Source of the DNA: Candidatus Sumerlaeota bacterium
GTDB lineage: Bacteria > Sumerlaeota > Sumerlaeia > SLMS01 > JAHLLQ01
Length of the DNA stretch: 53,335 nucleotides
NCBI GenBank assembly: GCA_021772755.1
Contig: JAJFLJ010000235.1
Coordinates: 1-53,335 of the forward strand
Direction: 5' to 3'
Position 1 is the stretch's first letter; the number at the start of each line of letters is the position of its first letter. Under the pieces are notes generated by a model, which was not told the DNA's origin, did not search any database, and was given only the letters and a program-made list of their open reading frames with translations. A program made the translations under genes and the position numbers. This document shows, piece after piece, positions 46,487 through 53,335 of this stretch.

Positions 46487-47959
46487 ATGTCGAAATCCGT
46501 TTCTCAGATCATTTCGGACCTGGAATCCGGCGCAACGACGTCGGTCGCTCTGGTGCACGACTGCGCCGCGCGCATCGACCGCCTGAACCCCGATCTGAAC
46601 GCCGTGCTGTCGGTCCAGCGCGACGACGCGCTGAAGGCGGCCGAGGCTTCCGACGCGCGCCGCAAGTCCGGCAAGCCGCTCTCGGCGGCCGATGGCGTTC
46701 CGATTCTTCTGAAGGACAACATCTGCGCCACCGGCGGACCGACGACCTGCGCCAGCAGGGTCCTGGAAAACTACCGCCCGCCCTACGACGCGACGGCGAC
46801 CGCGAAGCTGCGCGCGGCCGGCGTCGTCGTGCTCGGCAAGACGAACATGGACGAGTTCGCGATGGGCAGCACGACGGAATGGTCGGCGTTCGGGATGTCG
46901 AAGAATCCGTGGAAGACGGATCACGTGCCGGGCGGTTCCTCGGGCGGTTCCGCCGTGGCGGTCGCGTCTGGAATGGCTCCCTGGGCGCTGGGCAGCGACA
47001 CAGGCGGATCGATTCGCCAGCCGGCGGGATTCTGCGGAGTCGTGGGAATGAAGCCCACGTACGGGCGGGTGTCCCGCTACGGGCTGGTGGCGTTCGCGTC
47101 CTCGCTGGACCAGATCGGCCCGTTCGCCTCGAACGTCGAGGACGCCGCGCTGCTGATGAATCTCATCGCGGGGCACGACGGGCGCGACAGCACCAGCGCC
47201 GACGTTCCGCCGGAAGACTGCGTGGCGGAGCTCAGGAACGGCAGACTCGCGGGGCTGAGGATCGGCCGCCCGCGCCAGTTCTTCGACGTCGAGGGAATCG
47301 ACGACGACGTGCGTTCCGTGACCGACGGCACGCTGGACATTCTTCGCCGCGAGGGCGCGGAAATCGTCGATGTGAACATGCCGTTCGCCGAGGAGTACTC
47401 CGTCGCGGCGTACTACGTGATCGCCGCGGCCGAGGCGAGTTCCAACCTGGCGCGCTACGACGGGGCCCACTACGGCTATCGCGCGAAGGACTCCGCGAAT
47501 ATCGTCGAGATGTTCTCGCGCAGCCGCGCGGAGGGGTTCGGCGCGGAGGTCAAGCGCCGCGTCATGCTGGGCACGTTCGCGCTTTCCGCGGAGACGTTCG
47601 ACGCGTACTACGTTCGGGCGCAGAAGGCCCGCACGCTCATCAAGCGCGACTACGACAACGCGCTGAAGGAATGCGACGCCATCCTCGCCCCCGTCGCCCC
47701 CACGCCCGCGTTTCCGGCGGGCGAGAAGACTGGCGACCCCGTGCGAATGTATCTCGCCGACGTCTTCACGCTTTCGCTCAATCTCGCAGGCTACTGCGGG
47801 CTCTCGCTGCCGGCGGGTTTCTCGAAGTCGGGCCTGCCCATCGGCGTCCAGCTTCTCGCCGGGGCGTTCGGCGAGAAGGGCCTGCTCCAGACGGCGTGGC
47901 AGCTCGAATCGAAGCTCGGCATCGCCGGCTCCCGCACACCCGCCGTCTTCGCGCGATAG
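46487..47959 (+). CDS. gatA: Asp/Glu-tRNA amidotransferase subunit A
   Basis: Amidase signature KDN, GKTNMDEFAMGS, PGGSSGGSA, LGSDTGGSIRQPA; EASSNLARYDG; GFGAEVKRR. Confidence 0.96.
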   Translation: MSKSVSQIISDLESGATTSVALVHDCAARIDRLNPDLNAVLSVQRDDALKAAEASDARRKSGKPLSAADGVPILLKDNICATGGPTTCASRVLENYRPPYDATATAKLRAAGVVVLGKTNMDEFAMGSTTEWSAFGMSKNPWKTDHVPGGSSGGSAVAVASGMAPWALGSDTGGSIRQPAGFCGVVGMKPTYGRVSRYGLVAFASSLDQIGPFASNVEDAALLMNLIAGHDGRDSTSADVPPEDCVAELRNGRLAGLRIGRPRQFFDVEGIDDDVRSVTDGTLDILRREGAEIVDVNMPFAEEYSVAAYYVIAAAEASSNLARYDGAHYGYRAKDSANIVEMFSRSRAEGFGAEVKRRVMLGTFALSAETFDAYYVRAQKARTLIKRDYDNALKECDAILAPVAPTPAFPAGEKTGDPVRMYLADVFTLSLNLAGYCGLSLPAGFSKSGLPIGVQLLAGAFGEKGLLQTAWQLESKLGIAGSRTPAVFAR

Positions 47960-48130
47960 AGAGAAATCGTATCGCCGTCCCGGCACGCGGGCGGGTCGCG
48001 CTACCTCTTTTGCCTTGTGGCTTTCCGACCGATTCTTCACACGACCGGAGAAGTTTCGAAGCTCTCCAGGCCTCTTGCCGAACCTGGCGAGGTCTCGGAA
48101 CACTCTTCAATGACAGGCGGAGCGATCGCG

Positions 48131-49099
48131 ATGAACCTTGCCAATGTCTGCCTTTGCTCCGCTCTCGCCGCGCTTCTTGTTTCGTCTGCTGCGGCCCAGG
48201 CGCCGTCGGGCGACACATCCGCCGAATCGCAGACGAACTGGAAGCCCCTGCCCGCCAGGGACCCCGGGCTGTCTTCGGACCTGGAGAAGATCGTCCGGGA
48301 AATCGGCCTGGATGCGATGACGCCTGCCAGCGACAATCCCGACGAGGAGGACGAATGGAGCTCCATTAGCATCGTCGATCTGTCGGACCCGGCGAATCCA
48401 AGAATGGGCGGCTGGAAGGAGGACAACTTCATCTATCCCGCCAGCGCGTACAAGGTCTACGTCCTGGGCGAAGCGATACGGCAGGTGACTGTCGGCGAGA
48501 TCGCACTGGGCGATACGATCCAGGTCAAACCCCACAACGTGCGCGGCGGCTCGAAACTGGAGGCGAACCGGGAAACGACCGTTTCGGAAGTCCTCCGCCT
48601 CATGCAGCAGTTCTCCGACAACACGGCGGCCAACGAGGCGATCGACCTGACGGACCGCGAAAGGGTCACGGAACTCCTCCATTCGCTTGGGTGCCAGGGA
48701 TCGGAAGTGACGCGCAAGTTCCTGTCGCGCGACCTCGAGGACCCCGGATACGCGGAAGCCCCCTCGACGACGACGAACGCACTGCATATGGCCACGTTTC
48801 TGTGGGCCGTGGAGTCGGGCGCGATCGGAGGAGGACGAGGTCGCGGTCTGATCAAGTCCTATATGGGGATGACGGAAACGGGCGCGGACAGATTCCGCAA
48901 GGGGCTGCCGAAGACGGCGACGCTCTATTCGAAGACGGGAACCTGGAACATCTTCACCTCGGAAGTCGCGATCGTGGAGGATGGAGACGTTCGTTTCATT
49001 CTGTGCGCTTTGGTTCCCTTCCGGTCCGAGCAGGCCGAACCCATGCTCGCCAGGCTGGCGGCAGACGTGTACGCGTACTTCGAGGAAGACCGAGAGTGA
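48131..49099 (+). CDS. Secreted serine hydrolase of the class A beta-lactamase-like (Beta-lactamase2) family
   Basis: Signal peptide; SxxK (PASAYK), SDN and KTG motifs. Confidence 0.85.
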   Translation: MNLANVCLCSALAALLVSSAAAQAPSGDTSAESQTNWKPLPARDPGLSSDLEKIVREIGLDAMTPASDNPDEEDEWSSISIVDLSDPANPRMGGWKEDNFIYPASAYKVYVLGEAIRQVTVGEIALGDTIQVKPHNVRGGSKLEANRETTVSEVLRLMQQFSDNTAANEAIDLTDRERVTELLHSLGCQGSEVTRKFLSRDLEDPGYAEAPSTTTNALHMATFLWAVESGAIGGGRGRGLIKSYMGMTETGADRFRKGLPKTATLYSKTGTWNIFTSEVAIVEDGDVRFILCALVPFRSEQAEPMLARLAADVYAYFEEDRE

Positions 49100-49160
49100 G
49101 GGTTTCTTCGGGCAACGATCTGTCCGGGACGGTGCGCGAGACCGGGGGCATGGCCGGCTG

Positions 49161-49955
49161 ATGCCCTTCGGAATCGAAATCGCACTGGAATGTGCCCCCC
49201 GCCTGGCGCTGGGCGGCGAGGAACTCTATCGCGCCGTCGGGCTGCACCGTCTCGCGAAGGAGATTCGCGCGCGCTCGGAAGCGGCGGGACTCGACGACGC
49301 GGTCGCTCTTCGCCGAACCGAGAGCGCCAGCGGCGAAGTGGGAGAGGAGCGGCTCGACGCGGCGGACCTGGAACGGCAGGCGCAGCCGCTCGATCCCCTC
49401 GAACGCTATTGCGCCGGCTGCCCCGCGAGCGTGACGGGCGAGCCCTTCGGATGCTGTCTCGTGCTTTCGTTCCCCATTTCGCGCAGGGCGGAGGAGTGGC
49501 TGGCGAAGCTGGTGCCGCCGCCCGACACGCTCTGCGGACAACTGTTTCGCCGCAGCGCGGAGCTGATGAACTATGGTCGCTGCGACGCGCTGGACCGGTG
49601 GCGCAGCGCCGGCTTCTTCGAGTCCGCCGAACCCGCGGAGCACGACGGCGTGACCTCCGACATGGTGCTGCACGCGCTTTTCATGTCGGGCGATCTGCCG
49701 CCGCACCAGTCGCTGGCGCTCTCGATGGCGCTTGGGCGGCTGGTGACGGAGGACGGCACGGCGGACGACGCGTTGCGCGCGATCGAGGCGCTTCAGACCG
49801 ATCCGGCGGCGCGGGAGAAGCCGCTGAATCTCGAGCTGGATCTCTCGGACGGCGGGGCAGAGGACCAGGGCATCGCGGAACTCCAGGCGATCTTCGCCGG
49901 GCTCTTTCGCGCCTTCTCCTCCGGAGCCACCGTGCGCATGCGGCCTGGCGGGTAG
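49161..49955 (+). CDS. Hypothetical protein with Cys cluster
   Basis: Protein-like composition; YCAGCPASVTGEPFGCC motif plus an N-terminal Cys; fills the gap between co-oriented genes. Confidence 0.7.
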   Translation: MPFGIEIALECAPRLALGGEELYRAVGLHRLAKEIRARSEAAGLDDAVALRRTESASGEVGEERLDAADLERQAQPLDPLERYCAGCPASVTGEPFGCCLVLSFPISRRAEEWLAKLVPPPDTLCGQLFRRSAELMNYGRCDALDRWRSAGFFESAEPAEHDGVTSDMVLHALFMSGDLPPHQSLALSMALGRLVTEDGTADDALRAIEALQTDPAAREKPLNLELDLSDGGAEDQGIAELQAIFAGLFRAFSSGATVRMRPGG

Positions 49956-50052
49956 GCCCGGGAAGGGTGGGGCGGCGGACGTCACGCCTTGCAACCGGGA
50001 ACGATGGCGGCTAGACCGGACGAGCGATTCCCGCCGGGAGCGGTCACGATCC

Positions 50053-50856
50053 ATGCCCATCGATTTCGAAGACATCCAGCGCGGCCGCCGCCGGGACTGG
50101 GACAAGCTGAAGTCTCCCGAGGTCCGCCGCGAGGAGGACCGCCAGCGCAAGGAGGAGGACCAGGAGCTTCAGGAGCGGAAGAGCACCCTTCGCAAGAAGG
50201 AGGACGCGAAGGCGGCACGGCGCGAGCAGGACCTGGTGGAGTGGGAACGCACCCGGAAGCAGATCGTCGTCATGCTCTCGGTGCTGTTCGTCGCGATACT
50301 GGTCTACGCGGGCGTGAAGTGGGCGGTTCGCTACGCCGTCAGGGAGTCGCGCGGCGAACGCATCGCGGAGCTGGCGGCGCTCGTGAACTCGGGAGAGGGC
50401 TTCGAGGGATACGAGACCGCGGACGAGGCCTGGGCGACGTGGCGAACGGCGTGGATGCGCAGGGACGCCGCGCTGCTCTATCGCGTGTATTCGCCGGGCG
50501 AGCGCCGCCGCGCCACCGGAAGCGGATCGGACCAGCGCTTCATCCGCTCCATGCAGGAGCGAATGGACGCCGGCCTCTTCGACAAGTACGTCGCCATCGC
50601 GGCCCAGTTCGACGAACCCGAGGTGTTCCTCATGCCGCTCTCGCCCTCGGACGGCGATCTCGCCGTGTTCAAGATGACGTTCGTCGATCCGCGCCTCCCC
50701 CGGGGAAAGAACGAGATGGTCTGGGTGCTCGCGCTTTCCTACGACGGGCGAACGAAGCGCTGGGGCTTCGAGGACCTGCGCAGCGACGACTCGTGGCTCG
50801 ACCGGTGGGACACGGTGAACGCCATTTCAGTTCGCCGCGAACGCCTCGAAGAGTAG
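50053..50856 (+). CDS. Single-pass membrane protein with charged coiled-coil N-terminus and possible NTF2-like C-terminal domain
   Basis: E/K/R-rich helix; TM segment IVVMLSVLFVAILVYAGV; TADEAWATWRTAWMRRDAALLYRVYS followed by beta strands. GGAG RBS. Confidence 0.72.
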   Translation: MPIDFEDIQRGRRRDWDKLKSPEVRREEDRQRKEEDQELQERKSTLRKKEDAKAARREQDLVEWERTRKQIVVMLSVLFVAILVYAGVKWAVRYAVRESRGERIAELAALVNSGEGFEGYETADEAWATWRTAWMRRDAALLYRVYSPGERRRATGSGSDQRFIRSMQERMDAGLFDKYVAIAAQFDEPEVFLMPLSPSDGDLAVFKMTFVDPRLPRGKNEMVWVLALSYDGRTKRWGFEDLRSDDSWLDRWDTVNAISVRRERLEE

Positions 50857-50863
50857 GCGCGCC

Positions 50864-51067
50864 ATGCTTCTCGACGCGACGTTCCGCTGCTGCTACTGCG
50901 GCGGGGAAATCGAGACGGCGGTCGATCCCTCCGCCGGAAGGCGTCAGACGTACACGGAGGACTGCCAGGTGTGCTGTCGGCCCAACGTGCTGCACATCGT
51001 CCTGGAGCGCGAGGGGAACGGACTCGTTGCCCTGATCGACGCCGAGCCCGAATCCGACTTGGAGTGA
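50864..51067 (+). CDS. CPXCG-motif cysteine-rich small protein
   Basis: CCYCGGE...VDPSAG...YTEDCQVCCRP. Confidence 0.85.
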   Translation: MLLDATFRCCYCGGEIETAVDPSAGRRQTYTEDCQVCCRPNVLHIVLEREGNGLVALIDAEPESDLE

Positions 51068-51096
51068 ACGGGGAGCCGTGCGTGTGTAGCCGTCGG

Positions 51097-52101
51097 CTAC
51101 CCGCTCTTGAACGCCACGAACACCCGGTCGGCGACGGTGAGGTGCAGAAGTCTCCACCGGTACAGCCGAACGAGCGGCGTCCACCGGAGATGCTTCGCCA
51201 TCAGGCGAACCGGCAGGCGGCGGTGACTTGTCGCGATCCGGTCGAGACCGGCGCCGACCCATTCCCGGGGATGGGTCGGCGCCGGTGCGCTGCGATCCCA
51301 GTCGTGCAGGAGCGTCACCAGCTCGAACCCCGCGTCGGCGAACATGCGTTCGTATTCCCGCTGGCGGTATGAGCATTCGTTGATGCCGGCCGCCTTGAAC
51401 TCCTGCACGTCCGCGCGTCGGCGTTCTCTTCTCTCGTCGCCGAAGCCGGTGCGGAAGGCCTCGCAGATATCGATGACGATTCCGCCGGGTTTCAGGACGC
51501 GGTACATCTCGCGCAGCGCCGCGTCGGGGCGGGCGAAATGATGCAGCGCGGAGCAGACGAAAACGAAGTCGAGCGAGGCGTCGCCGACGGGAAGCTGTTC
51601 GGCATCGCAGCACATCGCGTCGAACGCCAGGCCCCGCTCTCTGGCGAGGACGGCGGCTGCCAGCCCGTTGTGATGGGTGTCGTTGTAGTCGGCTGCGATC
51701 ATGTCGATGCCGCGCGCGGCGAACTTCGCCGTCGCCCATCCGCAACCGCACGCCAGGTCCATCCCCCGGCGGGGCTGCTTCCAGTCCAGCAGGTCCATGA
51801 CCAGGGGCATGGCCGCCGCCGCCTTCTCCCAGAAGGAACCGCCGCCGCCCCCCGGGAACCGGAGAATCTCATCGGCCGTCAGGCTCCACCGGTTGTTCTC
51901 GGAAACCCGCTGCCAGCCCGCCTTCTCGCGGTCCTTGACCTTTCGGGCGGCGATAACGTCGGGCAGCAGGTACAGAATGCCGTCGTCGCAGCGGAAGGGC
52001 CTGCCGCCTCCTGCGGAGACAAGCTCGCCGCCATCCGCGACCAAGGGGTCCCCGCCCCCCGGAACGGCCAGCGCATCGATGTTGATCGGCGGAAACGTCA
52101 C
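51097..52101 (-). CDS. Class I SAM-dependent methyltransferase with Trm112-like N-terminus
   Basis: MDLACGCGW, DAEQLP, ALHHF and RVLKPGG; N-terminal LAVP...PL...F..DDGILYLL. Confidence 0.85.
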   Translation of the reverse strand: MTFPPINIDALAVPGGGDPLVADGGELVSAGGGRPFRCDDGILYLLPDVIAARKVKDREKAGWQRVSENNRWSLTADEILRFPGGGGGSFWEKAAAAMPLVMDLLDWKQPRRGMDLACGCGWATAKFAARGIDMIAADYNDTHHNGLAAAVLARERGLAFDAMCCDAEQLPVGDASLDFVFVCSALHHFARPDAALREMYRVLKPGGIVIDICEAFRTGFGDERRERRRADVQEFKAAGINECSYRQREYERMFADAGFELVTLLHDWDRSAPAPTHPREWVGAGLDRIATSHRRLPVRLMAKHLRWTPLVRLYRWRLLHLTVADRVFVAFKSG

Positions 52102-52266
52102 CCCGGATTCACCCTCGCAATCCCCATTGCGGGGAAACGGTCGCCGGTGTGCGAGGGCGTGTCAATGGGGTGCTCGCGGCCGGGCCCGGGATTGCCCCTT
52201 GCGCGTCTGCGGGTCGGCGGAGACCTTCGCGCTTCTGAACCGGCAATGGAGAAACGGCGCGGCATC

Positions 52267-53022
52267 ATGACGAAGAGCATCATCGGAACCAACGGACTCG
52301 TGAAGGAATACGGCGGCAATCGGGTCGTCGACCAGGTCTCGCTGGAGGTCGCCACCGGCGAGATCGTCGGCCTGCTGGGGCCGAACGGCGCCGGCAAGAC
52401 GACCACCTTCCGCATGATGATCGGATTCGAGACGCCAAACGACGGCACGGTGCACCTGGACGGCGAGGACATCACGCGGCTGCCGATCCATCTGCGGGCG
52501 CGGCGGGGCATCAGCTACCTGGCGCAGCAGACGAGCATCTTTCGCCGGATGACGGTGCGCGAGAACCTGATGGCGATCCTGGAGGCGCACAAGGTGCCCC
52601 GCAGCGAAGTTCGCGAGACGGTCGAGCGGCTGGAGGAGGAGCTCGGCATCGGACACCTGCGCCGCCGCGTCGCCGACCGGCTCTCGGGGGGCGAGATGCG
52701 CCGCGTGGAAATCGCGCGGGCGCTGACGACGAGTCCCCGATTCCTGTTTCTCGACGAACCCTTCGCCGGCATCGACCCCAGGACCATCGAGGACATCCAG
52801 CAGATCATCGCCGGCCTGCGGGACAAGGGCCTCGGCATTCTCATCACCGACCACAACGTGCGCGAAACGCTTCAGATCACCGACCGTTCCTACATGCTGC
52901 TGAAGGGCGTCGTCACCGTCAGCGGCACGATGGAGGAGATCGCGGCAAACGAGGAAATCCGCCGCGAGTACATCACCGAGCGCATCGTCCGCGACCTGGA
53001 AGCGAGCCGCAGGAACGGGTAG
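52267..53022 (+). CDS. lptB: LPS export ABC transporter ATP-binding protein LptB
   Basis: GLLGPNGAGKTT, RARRGISYL, LSGGEMRRVEIARAL, LDEPFAGIDP, and ILITDHNVRETL. Alternative start at 52246. Confidence 0.93.
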   Translation: MTKSIIGTNGLVKEYGGNRVVDQVSLEVATGEIVGLLGPNGAGKTTTFRMMIGFETPNDGTVHLDGEDITRLPIHLRARRGISYLAQQTSIFRRMTVRENLMAILEAHKVPRSEVRETVERLEEELGIGHLRRRVADRLSGGEMRRVEIARALTTSPRFLFLDEPFAGIDPRTIEDIQQIIAGLRDKGLGILITDHNVRETLQITDRSYMLLKGVVTVSGTMEEIAANEEIRREYITERIVRDLEASRRNG

Positions 53023-53032
53023 GCCGTTGCGC

Positions 53033-53335
53033 TCAGTTTTCCGGCTCGAAGTGAGCGGTCTGGTCCGCGCTTCCGTGAAGAACGCGCACGACTGCGATTC
53101 CGTCGCGCAGCGGCAAATAGTAGATCACATGACTCTCGCAGGAAATGCTTCGGAGACCGGGTGCCAGGTCTTCGCGAAGTCGGCCCATTCGGGGATTGTG
53201 CGCGAGGAGCTCGAGCATTCGATGGATCCTGCGCAGATATCCTTCGGACGTTTCCCCCGACTGGCGCTGGCGAATGAAGAGATACGCGGCCTTGAGATCC
53301 CGTCTCGCCTCGTCCGAATGCAGGATTCGGATCAC
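53033..53335 (-). CDS. ParE/RelE family type II toxin (5' end at the window edge)
   Basis: SDEARRDL...LAHNPRMGRLREDLAPGLRS...HVIYY...VVRVLHGSAD. Confidence 0.88.
   Translation of the reverse strand: MIRILHSDEARRDLKAAYLFIRQRQSGETSEGYLRRIHRMLELLAHNPRMGRLREDLAPGLRSISCESHVIYYLPLRDGIAVVRVLHGSADQTAHFEPEN

Noticed and set aside
1-53335. tRNA, rRNA, IS or integrase genes
   Set aside because: No cloverleaf or rRNA-like stretches were seen in the short intergenic gaps, and no transposase or integrase motifs were seen by eye.

Overview
A GC-rich bacterial chromosomal segment from a diderm organism (lolA, lptE, lptB, an HldE-type adenylyltransferase). It also carries several Firmicute-style modules (addB; accB-accC-asp23-amaP). 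That mix, plus a C-terminal W-x-L tail on a secreted protein, tentatively suggests Candidatus Sumerlaeota/BRC1 (inference only). About 47 densely packed CDS are supported, mostly housekeeping and envelope genes: pilT, amt, elbB, a DegT-family aminotransferase, a MacB-like permease, a nucleoside kinase, a rhomboid, addB, folP, dnaB, rlmD, a Wzm-like permease, lolA, lptE, mnmG, accBC, gatCA, lptB and a ParE toxin. I found no rRNA, tRNA, CRISPR array or transposase. The best candidate for an undescribed system is the two-component pair at 34572-37881: a membrane histidine kinase followed by a response regulator with an intact receiver domain fused to a HEPN-like domain carrying an R-X4-H motif (RNPYIH), i.e. 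a putative phosphorylation-gated ribonuclease. Other oddities are a DUF3800-like protein with a degenerate acidic motif, a secreted thioredoxin-like/tandem CBM48 fusion, a LysM domain inserted in a parvulin PPIase, a stand-alone PcrA/UvrD Tudor domain, an archaeal-style FolP, an ABC-permease/M1 pseudo-peptidase fusion, addB without addA, a DnaA-box cluster upstream of dnaB, and a 15-bp perfect inverted repeat upstream of amt. All family calls come from reading motifs by eye, not from database searches; start codons are best guesses.
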